DNA from: an uncultured bacterium
GTDB taxonomy: Bacteria; GCA-001730085
DNA: 32,000 bases
NCBI GenBank assembly: GCA_964565945.1
Contig: CAZMGY010000025.1
Span: 1-32,000 of the forward strand
Direction: 5' to 3'
This document shows positions 16,639-26,782 of the stretch, piece by piece. Below the pieces are notes generated by a model. It saw nothing but the letters and a program-made list of their open reading frames with translations, made no database searches and was not told the origin of the DNA. Positions within the stretch are counted from its first letter, which is position 1, and every line of letters begins with the position of its first letter. Both the position numbers and the translations under genes were made by a program.

Positions 16639-16712
16639 TAGCGGCGCAGGGACTCGAACCCCAGACACGAGGATTATGATTCCTCTGCTCTAACCAACTG
16701 AGCTACGCCGCC
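16639..16712 (-). tRNA. tRNA with CAU anticodon (Met; an Ile2/lysidine type cannot be excluded)
   Basis: The reverse complement is GGCGGCGTAGCTCAGTTGGTTAGAGCAGAGGAATCATAATCCTCGTGTCTGGGGTTCGAGTCCCTGCGCCGCTA. It forms a cloverleaf with a GCTC/GAGC D-stem, a CAT anticodon loop and a GTTCGAGTC T-loop. CCA is not encoded. Confidence 0.9.
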
Positions 16713-16725
16713 ATTAAGATCCAAT

Positions 16726-16754
16726 AATGTACTATACCTAGAACCTTTCGTCAA
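16726..16754 (-). promoter_or_regulatory. Candidate sigma70-type promoter for tRNA-Met
   Basis: The minus strand reads TTGACG-17 nt-TACATT and ends about 13 nt before the mature tRNA 5' end. Confidence 0.35.
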
Positions 16755-17103
16755 GCTTGTTTCAAGAACCTCTAAAACTACCTCACATTTTCTTTTCTGT
16801 CTTCATCCCTACGGACAAACGCCACCTAAAATTTATTCCCTGGAACAAACGTATAAAAATTTCGTTTAAATTCTCTAATATTCAGCATAAGGGGACAACC
16901 TGCAGCAGGTGTAAACACGTAAACCAGAACATTCGCCTCGGGAAACTACTCTGACAACTCACTTGTTCAAAAGCGTAAACTTTTGCCAGCGCCAAAGCTT
17001 GCAAATAAGAAGGCCTCTCTACAAGGGATACAACAATAATAAATGAACATACCAACCGATTCATAACAACCGCTGTGTAAGTCATTCCCAGAAGATATTC
17101 TAT

Positions 17104-17187
17104 TGTCGAAGGGGGGACTTGAACCCCCACGAGATTATCTCTCACTAGCCCCTCAAGCTAACGTGTCTACCATTCCACCACTTCGAC
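17104..17187 (-). tRNA. tRNA-Leu (GAG), class II with a long variable arm
   Basis: The reverse complement is GTCGAAGTGGTGGAATGGTAGACACGTTAGCTTGAGGGGCTAGTGAGAGATAATCTCGTGGGGGTTCAAGTCCCCCCTTCGACA. The anticodon loop is TTGAGGG, a long extra arm is present, and CCA is not encoded. Confidence 0.9.
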
Positions 17188-17393
17188 GACATGATAATTG
17201 ATCATCTATTCTATGATAGATCGACAATAAAGGAAATGAAAAGGTTCAAAAACTTATTTTTTAACGAACAAATAGTGACTAAACATCCCCTCACGGCCTT
17301 GAGCCAAGCCAAACAACTAAGCAATAGCGACAGCCATGAAGAAAATTCTCCAGTAATGGACGAAAATCTCGCTTTAATCTCTTTAAATATCGA

Positions 17394-18389
17394 TTAAATG
17401 TCAGTGGAATGAGCATCTATATTGTCAAGCCCAGCATTGCGAACAGAACAATCGTTTAAGCATCCTTGAAAGCTATTGCGCCGTTCAAGCTCTCGTTCTA
17501 TACCGTTCAGAATATCTTGTTTATTACGACTCCATTCAGGCACATACAAGTCCTTAAGGATAGGATCCCCGTTTAAACGCTCAATCACCATATAAGACAA
17601 CAAACGCTCAAGGCTATCGCAAACAATGTTAATGTAATCCTCTTGGCTCAACAAATCAAACTGATAGTCATCATAAAATTTTTGTAAAGATGTGTTTTTT
17701 TCTATATAAAGGTTATGAATCTTAATGGCTTCCAAATCGAGTTGTGCCACACGGTCCACAGTCGTCATCATATCGGCATAACTCTCATGAGGTAAACCCA
17801 TAATCAAATGAGTGCAGATTTTCATATCATAATTACGGGTTAATTGAACGGCTTTTTCAAAATTAGCCCAGGTGTCTATCCGGTTAATCAAGGTGAGTGT
17901 GCGGTCGTGCGATGATTCTAAGCCATATTCCATCCAAACTTCATAGTCTTGAGTGAACTGATTGATCATGTCTAACTTTTCACGATCAATACAGTCTGGA
18001 CGAGTCCCAATAGCCAGAGACACAATATCGGGGTGGCACAATGCTTGCTTATAAATCTCTTCGAGTTCATCCACTGGAGCGTAGGTATTGGTGAATGCCT
18101 GAAAATAGATCATCACCTTCTTAGCCTTGTAACCTTGTTTGACAAATTCGATTCCTTGCAAAACTTGTTCACGCACAGGAATCTTTTTCTTACCCGACCC
18201 TGAACCTTGAGCATTGCAATAAATGCAACCACCTTTCGCCACAAAGCCATCCCGATTAGGACATGTAAACCCAGCATCGAGCACCACTTTATAAACTTTA
18301 CAGCCAAAGCGTTGCTTTAAATAAGTGCTAAAGTCGAAGTAGCGCTTGCCTGGAGCAAAATGCTCTGGCAAGCTAAAAGAATTAGTCAT
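17394..18389 (-). CDS. Radical SAM protein, TIGR01212/YhcC-like family
   Basis: It has the FTCPNRDG....GGCIYCN cluster motif and a conserved AIGTRPDC block. I prefer the ATG at 18389 (MTNSFSLPEH), which overlaps the serA stop by 8 nt; the track start at 18452 lies inside serA. Confidence 0.82.
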   Translation of the reverse strand: MTNSFSLPEHFAPGKRYFDFSTYLKQRFGCKVYKVVLDAGFTCPNRDGFVAKGGCIYCNAQGSGSGKKKIPVREQVLQGIEFVKQGYKAKKVMIYFQAFTNTYAPVDELEEIYKQALCHPDIVSLAIGTRPDCIDREKLDMINQFTQDYEVWMEYGLESSHDRTLTLINRIDTWANFEKAVQLTRNYDMKICTHLIMGLPHESYADMMTTVDRVAQLDLEAIKIHNLYIEKNTSLQKFYDDYQFDLLSQEDYINIVCDSLERLLSYMVIERLNGDPILKDLYVPEWSRNKQDILNGIERELERRNSFQGCLNDCSVRNAGLDNIDAHSTDI

Positions 18390-19983
18390 CAAACTTAACA
18401 AGGTCGGCTTGGACAATATCGTCCAAGGAACGAATATTTTTAAGAACTTCATCGGTCACAAAATCATCAACATTGAAGACAGTGATCGCATGCTCCCCTT
18501 TAACCTTCCGGCCAAGGGTCATATTGGCAATATTGATATTGTTTTCGCCTAAAATGCTTCCAATCCGCCCAATAAAACCAGGTTTATCGATATTTTTGCA
18601 CACCAAAACATTACCCTTGGGTTGCATGTCCACATGATGCCCATCAATACGAATAATCCGTGTGTCATGTTTGCCAAACGTCGTTCCCGCAACACTCACT
18701 TGTGTTCCGTCATCCAAAGTAACGGTTGCACGAATCAAAGAAGAAAAGTCTTCCGACTGCCCTTTTTTCTCGACATTGATCGAAATGCCACGCTCCTTAG
18801 CAATAAAACGCGCATTCACATCGTTCACATCGGTTTCCAAAATAGGTTGAAGCAAACCTTTAACCACAGAAACAGTTAAAGGAGTAATCTCGAGTTCAGC
18901 CAAATCACCAAAATAGCTCACGGTTAAATCCGTGTAGCGACCACGCTTAAGATAGGACAACATGTTGCCTAAATGCTCGGCAAGGTTCAAAAATGGCTCA
19001 ATCTCGGCAAAAACTTCGGGAGCCACCTGAACATAATTCACCGCATTCTTAATCTTTTGCTCTTTGAGCATATCTACCACTTGATTGGACACATCAATCG
19101 CCACATTTTCTTGAGCTTCTTTGGTCGACGCCCCCATATGTGGCGTCATTACAACACAATCTAAATCATAAAAAGGGTGATTGTCTTCGGGAGGCTCAGA
19201 CATATAGGCATCAAAAGCCGCTCCCGCCACTTGTCCCTCGTTAATAGCATCAACAAGAGCCATTTCATCAACAAGACCACCGCGCGCGCAATTAATAATC
19301 CGCACACCTTTTTTCATTTTGGCAAAGGTCTCTTTGTTAATCAAATTTTGGGTTTCATCAGTCAAAGGTGTATGCAAGGTGATAAAATCCGCCTGAGCAA
19401 ACACGTCATCTAATTCATTGCTAATCTCGATGCCTAAAGAACTTGCTGACTCTGAAACGGCATAGGGATCGTAAGCAATAATCTCCATCCCAAACGACTG
19501 CATCCTCTTGGCTACCTCGCGCCCAATGCGCCCAAAACCGACAATGCCCAAAGTCTTGCCAAACAACTCCGTCCCCATAAAGCCCTTACGATCCCATTTC
19601 TTTTGCTTCATTGAAGCATTAGCCTGAGGAATATTGCGCGCCAAAGATAAGAGCATGCTAATGGTCAATTCCGCTGTCGACAAGGTATTGCCCGCAGGAG
19701 CATTCATCACCACAATACCCTTGCAACTAGCCGCCTCAACATCAACATTATCAACACCCACACCAGCACGACCAACAACCTTAAGTTGATCAGCAGCATC
19801 CAAAATGTCCGCTGTCAGTGTCGTTCCACTTCGAATCAGAATGGCATCATACCCCAAAATTTCTTGTTTCAACTCATCAGGAGATAAGCCCAATTTTTCA
19901 TCGACTTGAATATCATCATAAGCTTGCAAGATCGCTAAGCCTTTATCCGACAGCTTATCGGTCACTAAAACTTTATGTGTCAC
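18382..19983 (-). CDS. serA: D-3-phosphoglycerate dehydrogenase, long form with a C-terminal ACT domain
   Basis: It has the GFGRIGREVAKR NAD-binding motif, a 2-hydroxyacid dehydrogenase core and an ACT-like C-terminus. I prefer the GTG at 19983 (VTHKVLVTDKL, AGAAGGGG Shine-Dalgarno upstream); the track start at 20052 would overlap dnaJ by 46 nt. Confidence 0.9.
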   Translation of the reverse strand: MTHKVLVTDKLSDKGLAILQAYDDIQVDEKLGLSPDELKQEILGYDAILIRSGTTLTADILDAADQLKVVGRAGVGVDNVDVEAASCKGIVVMNAPAGNTLSTAELTISMLLSLARNIPQANASMKQKKWDRKGFMGTELFGKTLGIVGFGRIGREVAKRMQSFGMEIIAYDPYAVSESASSLGIEISNELDDVFAQADFITLHTPLTDETQNLINKETFAKMKKGVRIINCARGGLVDEMALVDAINEGQVAGAAFDAYMSEPPEDNHPFYDLDCVVMTPHMGASTKEAQENVAIDVSNQVVDMLKEQKIKNAVNYVQVAPEVFAEIEPFLNLAEHLGNMLSYLKRGRYTDLTVSYFGDLAELEITPLTVSVVKGLLQPILETDVNDVNARFIAKERGISINVEKKGQSEDFSSLIRATVTLDDGTQVSVAGTTFGKHDTRIIRIDGHHVDMQPKGNVLVCKNIDKPGFIGRIGSILGENNINIANMTLGRKVKGEHAITVFNVDDFVTDEVLKNIRSLDDIVQADLVKFDD

Positions 19984-20006
19984 AGCTAAACCCCTTCTCT
20001 TAGGCT

Positions 20007-21125
20007 TTAAGCCCCTAAGGCATCTTTCACTTTTTGAAAAAAGCTTTTGCACATGGGCTGAACATCTTCTCCACTAATACTGGCAAATTCATTCAACAAC
20101 TTATGTTGCTGTTCATTCAATTTGGTCGGAGTCTCAACAATCACTCGAATCAATTGATCTCCGTGACCATAGCCCCTCACATTGGCAATTCCTTTACCTC
20201 TTAGGCGAAATACTTTCCCCGACTGTGTTCCCGCAGGTACTTTAATTTTACTACGTCCTTCCAAAGTTGGCACTTCAATTTCTGTACCTAAGGCCGCTTG
20301 GGCAAAACTAATCGGAACCTCGCAAATCACATCGTCATCCACACGCTCAAAGAAATCATGGACACGCACCGACATCACAACATACAAGTCACCACGAGGC
20401 CCTCCCTGAGGTCCAGCCTCACCTTCTCCACTCACTCGCAATGTCGTCCCACGTGCAACTCCTGCAGGAATGCGCACGCTAACTTTGTCGCGCGAATTAA
20501 CAACACCTCGTCCAGCACAGCTAGAACAAGGCTTTTCAACACGTGAACCGCGACCAGCACACGCATGACACGTACGAGCCATACTAAAGACCCCTTGGGA
20601 TACCCGTGTTTGACCAGAACCTCCGCATTGGTGACAGGTCACCCTTTGCGATCCCGCCGCAGCACCAAAACCAGAACAGGTTGAACAAGTGGTTTCACGC
20701 TGGACTTGCATGTTTTTTTCGATACCAAAGGCAGCTTCCTCAAAAGTAAGCTCTACACTCACTTTAAGATCGGCACCTAGACGCGTCCCTGAAGAACGTC
20801 GCCCTCCGCCACCGCCAAAAAAATTCTCGAAAATATCCCCCAAATCAACGTCTTCAACCCCCTGAAAGCCACCGCCTCTAAATCCAAAGCCGTCACCTCC
20901 GCCAGCAGAATGACCAAGGTGATCATACGTGCCCCGCTTTTGCTCATCGCTTAAAACACTGTAGGCTTCGGAACATTCTTTGAATTTCTCCTCGGCCTCG
21001 GGGTTGTCGGGGTTACGATCGGGGTGGTATTTAGCCGCTAATTTGCGATAAGATTTTTTAATTTCATCTTTCGAAACGTTACGCTGAACACCTAAAACCT
21101 CATAATAATCACGTTTTTCAACCAC
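20007..21125 (-). CDS. dnaJ: Molecular chaperone DnaJ
   Basis: It has a J domain (DYYEVLGV...YHPDRN), a G/F region and four CxxCxGxG zinc-finger repeats. The GTG start has an AAGGAAA Shine-Dalgarno sequence. Confidence 0.97.
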   Translation of the reverse strand: MVEKRDYYEVLGVQRNVSKDEIKKSYRKLAAKYHPDRNPDNPEAEEKFKECSEAYSVLSDEQKRGTYDHLGHSAGGGDGFGFRGGGFQGVEDVDLGDIFENFFGGGGGRRSSGTRLGADLKVSVELTFEEAAFGIEKNMQVQRETTCSTCSGFGAAAGSQRVTCHQCGGSGQTRVSQGVFSMARTCHACAGRGSRVEKPCSSCAGRGVVNSRDKVSVRIPAGVARGTTLRVSGEGEAGPQGGPRGDLYVVMSVRVHDFFERVDDDVICEVPISFAQAALGTEIEVPTLEGRSKIKVPAGTQSGKVFRLRGKGIANVRGYGHGDQLIRVIVETPTKLNEQQHKLLNEFASISGEDVQPMCKSFFQKVKDALGA

Positions 21126-21189
21126 AATATTGTTTCCTTGTCATACAGATTCTCTTCCCTCCTCGTCCTTACAAAGAAAGAGCACGGTT

Positions 21190-21216
21190 ATCCCGCGACG
21201 CTAGAAATCGCGGGAT
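21190..21216 (-). terminator. 9-bp GC-rich hairpin between dnaK and dnaJ (attenuator or mRNA-stability element candidate)
   Basis: ATCCCGCGA-cgctagaaa-TCGCGGGAT is a perfect inverted repeat. No clean U-run follows on the transcribed strand, so it is not a canonical intrinsic terminator. Confidence 0.4.
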
Positions 21217-21232
21217 CCACAACCTTAATTAT

Positions 21233-23134
21233 TTATTTTTCATCATCGACAACTTCGGCATCAACCACATCGTCATTGTTTTTCGACTCCGACCCAGCTT
21301 GCTTAGAACCAGATTGATCTTGCTCAGCCGAAGCTGCTTTATAAGCCTCTTCCGCTAATTTGTGAGCCGCTTGGGCCAAGTTTTCTTGAAGTTTTTTGAT
21401 CTCTTCTAAATTATCCGACTCAATCGCCTTACGCAAAGAAGCAATGCCTTCTTCAATATTTTTCTTCTCATCGTCACCAACCTTATCCCCATATTCTTTG
21501 AGGGACTTCTCAGTGCTGTAAACAAAATTCTCAGCTTCATTTTTGGCATCAATCAGCTCACGTTTTTCCTTATCAGCATCAGCATTGGCTTCGGCATCTT
21601 TAACCATACGATCAATCTCATCTTCACTGATTCCACTGGAGGATTCAATGCGAATCTTTTGCTCTTTGCCAGTAGAGGTATCTTTGGCAGACACATGCAC
21701 AATCCCGTTAGCATCAATATCAAAGGCCACTTCAATCTGAGGAACACCCCGTGGTGCAGGTGGAATATCGGTCAAATCAAACTTGCCTAAAATTCGATTA
21801 TCACGAGCCATTTCACGCTCACCTTGCAAAACAACAATGCTCACAGCCGTTTGATTATCAGCAGCAGTTGAAAACACCTGGCTTTTCTTGGTCGGAATCG
21901 TGGTGTTGCGTTCAATTAATTTGGTAGAAACATCGCCCAAAGTTTCAATACCTAAAGACAATGGTGTAACGTCCAATAGAACAACATCATCGACATCTCC
22001 CGCCAAAACGCCCCCCTGAATAGCCGCACCAAGAGCCACCACTTCGTCAGGGTTCACGCCTCTATGAGGCTCTTTGCCAAACAATTCTTGAGCAACCTTT
22101 TGAACGGCAGGCATCCGTGTCATACCTCCCACAAGAATCACTTCGTCAATTTCACTGGTCGACAAACCAGCATCTTTCAAAGCATTCAAGCAAGGGGTTT
22201 TAAGACGAGTTAACAATTCAGCAACCAAGTTCTCGTATTGGCTACGCGAAAGAGTTAAATTCAAGTGTTTAGGTCCTGCTTGATCGGCCGTAATAAACGG
22301 CAGATTGACTTCCGTTTGAGTAGTCGAAGAAAGTTCAATCTTCGCTTTTTCAGCAGCTTCTTTCAAACGTTGCAAGGCCATCTGATCTTGACGCAAATCG
22401 ATTCCTTGCTCTTTTTGGAACTCAGACGCCAACCAGCCAATAATCACTTGATCAAAGTCATCACCACCCAAGTGCGTATCTCCATTGGTGGCTTTCACTT
22501 CGAAAACACCGTCACCAATCTCGAGAATAGAAACATCAAAAGTTCCCCCACCAAGGTCGAACACAGCAATTTTTTCGTCACTTTTTTTGTCCAAACCATA
22601 AGCTAAAGAAGCAGCAGTTGGTTCATTGATAATTCTTAATACATCCAAACCCGCAATCTTGCCAGCATCTTTGGTGGCTTGACGTTGACTATCATTAAAA
22701 TAAGCAGGAACGGTAATCACGGCTTGCGTCACTTCTTGGCCTAAATAATCTTCGGCTGTTTGTTTAAGCTTCTGCAAAATCATGGCCGAAATCTCTGGTG
22801 GCGCATAACTTTTATCACCGGCTGTGATTTCAACACTACCTGCAGAACTCGTGCCAACTTTGTAAGGTACCAACTTTTCTTCTGCACGCACTTCATCATG
22901 CTTACGTCCCATAAAACGCTTCGCCGAGAAAATAGTATTCGCAGGATTTGTCACGGACTGACGCTTCGCAGGTTGTCCCACTAACTTTTCTCCCGATTTG
23001 GAGAAAGCCACAATCGAAGGCGTTGTGCGACCACCTTCGGCATTAGGGATCACAATAGCTTCTCCAGCTTCCATAATTGCAACCACAGAATTCGTAGTTC
23101 CTAAGTCAATTCCTATCACTTTTCCTTTAGCCAT
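21233..23134 (-). CDS. dnaK: Molecular chaperone DnaK (Hsp70)
   Basis: Hsp70 signatures [17 protein letters not shown] and [11 protein letters not shown] are present. The protein is 633 aa. Confidence 0.98.
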   Translation of the reverse strand: MAKGKVIGIDLGTTNSVVAIMEAGEAIVIPNAEGGRTTPSIVAFSKSGEKLVGQPAKRQSVTNPANTIFSAKRFMGRKHDEVRAEEKLVPYKVGTSSAGSVEITAGDKSYAPPEISAMILQKLKQTAEDYLGQEVTQAVITVPAYFNDSQRQATKDAGKIAGLDVLRIINEPTAASLAYGLDKKSDEKIAVFDLGGGTFDVSILEIGDGVFEVKATNGDTHLGGDDFDQVIIGWLASEFQKEQGIDLRQDQMALQRLKEAAEKAKIELSSTTQTEVNLPFITADQAGPKHLNLTLSRSQYENLVAELLTRLKTPCLNALKDAGLSTSEIDEVILVGGMTRMPAVQKVAQELFGKEPHRGVNPDEVVALGAAIQGGVLAGDVDDVVLLDVTPLSLGIETLGDVSTKLIERNTTIPTKKSQVFSTAADNQTAVSIVVLQGEREMARDNRILGKFDLTDIPPAPRGVPQIEVAFDIDANGIVHVSAKDTSTGKEQKIRIESSSGISEDEIDRMVKDAEANADADKEKRELIDAKNEAENFVYSTEKSLKEYGDKVGDDEKKNIEEGIASLRKAIESDNLEEIKKLQENLAQAAHKLAEEAYKAASAEQDQSGSKQAGSESKNNDDVVDAEVVDDEK

Positions 23135-23667
23135 TATTCACCTCCTTCATTCGAATCATTATTCATGTGCTTAGCCACTTTCACTTTGGCAAAGCGAATC
23201 ACTTTGCCGTGCAACTGATAACCACTTTGCAACTCTTCCAAAATGGTATTATCATCCACATCTTTCGCATCGTCTTCATATGTTACTGCTTCATGCAAGT
23301 TGGGATCAAACGTCTCACCTTGAACAAGCATTTTTTTAACACCTTTATCGCAAAGTACATCCAAAAGCTGTTTTTGCACCAGCACAATACCTTGCATCAT
23401 CGTTGTCACATCTGTTGTCGAGTGCGCACTAGCCATAGCTCGATCAAAGTTGTCCAAAACATCCAACAAACGAACAATCAAATCTTCCGACCCATAGCGC
23501 AAAAGATCCGATCTTTCTTTAATGAGTCTTTTACGAAAATTATCAAAATCTGCTTGCAAACGTAAGTGCTTGTCTTGGCATTCCAACAATTGATCTTCCA
23601 CAGATGGTTCCTCAACAGACGACTCAGCAACTTCCTCTTGCACCCGTTCCTTTTTTTCTTCTGCCAT
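23134..23667 (-). CDS. grpE: Nucleotide exchange factor GrpE
   Basis: [13 protein letters not shown] and the C-terminal beta domain (DPNLHEAV...[16 protein letters not shown]) are present. The stop overlaps the dnaK ATG by 1 nt. Confidence 0.95.
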   Translation of the reverse strand: MAEEKKERVQEEVAESSVEEPSVEDQLLECQDKHLRLQADFDNFRKRLIKERSDLLRYGSEDLIVRLLDVLDNFDRAMASAHSTTDVTTMMQGIVLVQKQLLDVLCDKGVKKMLVQGETFDPNLHEAVTYEDDAKDVDDNTILEELQSGYQLHGKVIRFAKVKVAKHMNNDSNEGGE

Positions 23668-23685
23668 TCCTACAATCTCCTCAAT

Positions 23686-24693
23686 TTAGTAATCTGCATC
23701 AGCCCACGCCAAAGCGCGACTCACCGAATCAGCGACACCTTCCACATGGGCAATCACTCGATCATAACGCATCCTTTTAGGTCCAATCACACCCAAGCTT
23801 CCACTTCCTCTTTGATCCGATCCATAATTCGCTGTCACAATGCTATAGTCATCAAAACCAGGACCCTGCTCACCGATATAAATATTCACTTTATCACGCC
23901 TTAGGCTATCACGAAGAAGCCTTAACAATTCTGTTTTCTCATCCAACATACGAATAAAATTCGACAAAATATGGTAGTGACAAAATTCTGGGTATTTGGT
24001 CAAATTTTCCCAACCTTGAATCACTAAATCTTCCGATACATGAAAAATATCCAATTTGACCAACTCATCCGTTAAGGCTTGTGTCGCCAAATCAGCCATA
24101 GCATCCAAAGTTTCTCCGCGTAAACGATACATAAGCAAGTTAGCCAAACTTGCAAGATCTTGATCGCTTTCGGGAAACGCCAACTTAACAATTTTTTGCC
24201 GCACCATTCCGTTGCTAAACAAAACAATCACCATCACCCGACGCTGATCTATGCGCACCATTTTTACTCGCTGAATATTATCCTCGTAAAGCAAGGGCAT
24301 ACTTACAATCGCCGTACACTCGTTTGAACTCGCTAAAGCTCGTGCCGCTTGATTCATCACCGATTCGACTTCTCTTTTCTTAAAAAAATATTTTCTGTCT
24401 ATCCGCTCCTCTTCCTCACGCGTCATTTTTTTTTCTGGCAGCAAGTACTCCACATAAAAACGATAACCTTCGTCAGTTGGCACACGACCCGAAGAGGTAT
24501 GTAACTGACGAATATATCCTTTTTGTTCAAGACAACTCATAACATTTCTTATTGTTGCCGAACTAAGTCTAACATTAAAACTTTGAACCAAAATACGTGA
24601 AGCTACAGGCTCTGCCGTCATAATGTAAGCCTGTATGATCAAATTTAAAGTATCTTGCTCACGTTGCGTTAAGGACACAAGCACCTTGTTCAC
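23686..24693 (-). CDS. hrcA: Heat-inducible transcription repressor HrcA
   Basis: It has an N-terminal wHTH (LTQREQDTLNLIIQAYIMTAEPVASR), runs the full 335 aa and sits upstream of grpE-dnaK-dnaJ. The GTG start at 24693 may be part of the Shine-Dalgarno sequence, with GTG 24684 as an alternative. Confidence 0.93.
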   Translation of the reverse strand: MNKVLVSLTQREQDTLNLIIQAYIMTAEPVASRILVQSFNVRLSSATIRNVMSCLEQKGYIRQLHTSSGRVPTDEGYRFYVEYLLPEKKMTREEEERIDRKYFFKKREVESVMNQAARALASSNECTAIVSMPLLYEDNIQRVKMVRIDQRRVMVIVLFSNGMVRQKIVKLAFPESDQDLASLANLLMYRLRGETLDAMADLATQALTDELVKLDIFHVSEDLVIQGWENLTKYPEFCHYHILSNFIRMLDEKTELLRLLRDSLRRDKVNIYIGEQGPGFDDYSIVTANYGSDQRGSGSLGVIGPKRMRYDRVIAHVEGVADSVSRALAWADADY

Positions 24694-24713
24694 CTCTTTA
24701 ATGCATTTTCAAT

Positions 24714-24740
24714 CTAGCACTCATGTCAATAGAGTGCTAG
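24714..24740. promoter_or_regulatory. CIRCE operator (HrcA binding site)
   Basis: CTAGCACTC-atgtcaata-GAGTGCTAG fits the CIRCE consensus TTAGCACTC-N9-GAGTGCTAA. The perfect inverted repeat extends to 12-nt arms (24711..24743). Confidence 0.92.
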
Positions 24741-24745
24741 ATTAC

Positions 24746-24774
24746 ATCTTAGCACCCTCCTTCAAGGAGATCAA
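24746..24774 (-). promoter_or_regulatory. Candidate sigma70-type promoter of the hrcA operon
   Basis: The minus strand reads TTGATC-17 nt-TAAGAT, placing the predicted transcription start inside CIRCE. Confidence 0.5.
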
Positions 24775-24784
24775 GATTTTTCTT

Positions 24785-25387
24785 TTAAAATCCCCAAAAA
24801 TGTAAAAATGTGTGGACGCCTGTTTGGATCCACTTACCTACAAACCCAAAGTAAAACAAGGCCAAAACAATCACAAATCCATAGGGTTCAAGGCGTGCAT
24901 AAGCCATTGCCTGTTTACGTGGCAAAAGGCCAGAAACAACCCTCGACCCATCTAAAGGCGGAATTGGAATCATATTAAGCATCGCCAGGGCTAGGTTCAT
25001 CAGAATAAAAAACGTACACACCTCAACCTTCAATCCCTGTTGCCCCAGGGCACCAGTTTTCAGCAAGAATACCCCTAGAAGAGCCAAAATAATATTAGAC
25101 AGAGGCCCCGCGAGAGCAACCCAAATCATATCGGTTTTGGGCTTCTTAAGTCTCCAGGGATTCACAGGCACTGGCTTGGCCCAACCAAACGGAACTCCAA
25201 TAGTGAAGGCCAAAACCAAAGGTACCACCACCATTCCCATAAGATCCACATGAGCCACGGGATTAAGCGTTAAACGACCCTGCTCTCTTGCCGTCTGGTC
25301 ACCTCTTAAGAAAGCCACCCAACCGTGGGCAAATTCATGCACAGTCACCGAAACAAGCAAGAGCGGTATAATAATCAAAAATGACAT
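24785..25387 (-). CDS. M50-family (site-2 protease-like) membrane zinc metalloprotease
   Basis: It has the HEFAHG zinc motif in TM1 and the LNMIPIPPLDGSRV (NxxPxxxxDG) motif. The 200-aa protein is polytopic. Confidence 0.85.
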   Translation of the reverse strand: MSFLIIIPLLLVSVTVHEFAHGWVAFLRGDQTAREQGRLTLNPVAHVDLMGMVVVPLVLAFTIGVPFGWAKPVPVNPWRLKKPKTDMIWVALAGPLSNIILALLGVFLLKTGALGQQGLKVEVCTFFILMNLALAMLNMIPIPPLDGSRVVSGLLPRKQAMAYARLEPYGFVIVLALFYFGFVGKWIQTGVHTFLHFWGF

Positions 25388-25425
25388 CTTATCGGTCTCT
25401 CCAATCAGGCCTTATCTTAAAAATC

Positions 25426-26133
25426 TTATTTGATGTAAGATTTTTTGGCAGCCCTGGTCTTGGGGTGAAGGGCTTGAGAATCTTTTTTGGTGTAATTAGG
25501 AATCACAATAATTTCGACACGACGGTTTTTCTTGCGCCCTTTGAGCGTAGCATTGCTAACTACAGGATGATGTTCACCATAAGCCGCCAAAGAAAGTAAC
25601 TTGGGATTAATGCCTTTAGCCATTAAAAATTCAAGAACTGTTAACGAACGTACCGCAGACAACTCCCAATTGGACGCATACAAAAATTTGGTTCTCTTAA
25701 TCGGTTCATTATCGGTATGACCTTCGATGCGTAACTGACGATTCAATTTAAGCAATGTTTGCGAAATTTTTTCGAGCGAAGCATTGCCAGCTTTGGTTAA
25801 GTTGGCCTGCCCAGAACTAAAGAAAACTTGGGATAAAAACTGAATCACAAGTCCACGATCACTCATGGTGACCGAAGCTTCATTTTTTTCAATTTCCTTT
25901 TGCAATTTTTGACGCAACTGTTGCTGAATACTCTTTAAACGCTGAATTTCGATTTCTTTCTTGCGCTGAGCATTGTAAAGTTCCTGGTTCAGCTGCTTCA
26001 CCTCGCCTTCAAGGCCTTCGATAATTTTATCTTGAGCCCGAGGCACTATATTCGTGGTCCGAAAAGCCAAACAACCATTGATTGAAAAAAGAGCAAAAAC
26101 AAAAAATCCGAACTTAAGCACACCCTTGAACAT
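25426..26133 (-). CDS. OmpA/MotB-domain protein with an N-terminal lipoprotein-like signal and a coiled coil
   Basis: The N-terminus is MFKGVLKFGFFVFALFSINGC, followed by a QELYNAQRKKEIEIQRLKSIQQQLRQKLQKEIEK coiled coil. The C-terminal OmpA-like domain reads RIEGHTDNEPI...SNWELSAVRS...NRRVEIIV. Confidence 0.82.
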   Translation of the reverse strand: MFKGVLKFGFFVFALFSINGCLAFRTTNIVPRAQDKIIEGLEGEVKQLNQELYNAQRKKEIEIQRLKSIQQQLRQKLQKEIEKNEASVTMSDRGLVIQFLSQVFFSSGQANLTKAGNASLEKISQTLLKLNRQLRIEGHTDNEPIKRTKFLYASNWELSAVRSLTVLEFLMAKGINPKLLSLAAYGEHHPVVSNATLKGRKKNRRVEIIVIPNYTKKDSQALHPKTRAAKKSYIK

Positions 26134-26145
26134 GAAAAACGCCTC

Positions 26146-26769
26146 CTAGGTAAAAAGTTTTTTTAATGTTTGTTCCACATAACTTGGTAGGGGCACATTA
26201 TACAATTGCACTATTAAAAGAGCAAGCAAAGCCGAAACGAGCAATAGAGCTATCAACAAAAACCCCGAAGCCCACAAAGGTATTCTGTTTATCACCACAT
26301 GTTTGACTTTTTGAGATTCTTGCGCACGCAAAGCATCGGAAAATTCTTCTTTAAAATCATCGAGATTAACCTCCTGCTCCAGTGTAAGATCTCGTGCTTG
26401 TTCAAGCAACTCCTCGCGATTGGGCAGAGTACTTGTCGCATCCACACCTACGGGAGATTCCGCAACTGCTTTATCTCTAGGATTTTCCAATAAATCATCG
26501 TCAAAGGACAAATCAATATCGGGCATAATCACCATATCTTCATCATCTTCTGTCACCTGTGACGAAGCATACTTCTGAACATTCACTAAACAGGAATCAG
26601 CTTTGTCTTTAGATGGACTTTGAGACACGACAAATGGATGGGAACTTTGTGTCCCCAATAAAGACTCAACTTGCCAAGTAACAGCTTGTTCTTCTGCCAC
26701 TTGCTTTTGTAAAAATTGCCCCTCATCACCCATAGCGCATATTTTATCAGATGACTCACAGTGTTGCAA
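26146..26769 (-). CDS. Acidic hypothetical protein with a single C-terminal TM anchor
   Basis: The ORF has no recognised motif. It has an Asp/Glu-rich centre and a C-terminal WASGFLLIALLLVSALLALLIV segment. The track start is TTG; the ATG at 26733 is an alternative. Confidence 0.5.
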   Translation of the reverse strand: MQHCESSDKICAMGDEGQFLQKQVAEEQAVTWQVESLLGTQSSHPFVVSQSPSKDKADSCLVNVQKYASSQVTEDDEDMVIMPDIDLSFDDDLLENPRDKAVAESPVGVDATSTLPNREELLEQARDLTLEQEVNLDDFKEEFSDALRAQESQKVKHVVINRIPLWASGFLLIALLLVSALLALLIVQLYNVPLPSYVEQTLKKLFT

Positions 26770-26782
26770 AATTTTAACGTAC

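Noticed and set aside
16882-17145. 87-aa minus-strand ORF between the tRNAs
   Set aside because: Its start lies inside tRNA-Leu and it has no motif content. It is most likely a chance open frame in spacer DNA.
17191-17397. 68-aa plus-strand ORF between tRNA-Leu and the radical SAM gene
   Set aside because: It has no Shine-Dalgarno sequence and no motif. The region must carry the minus-strand tRNA-Leu promoter. It is left uncalled, although a small protein cannot be excluded.
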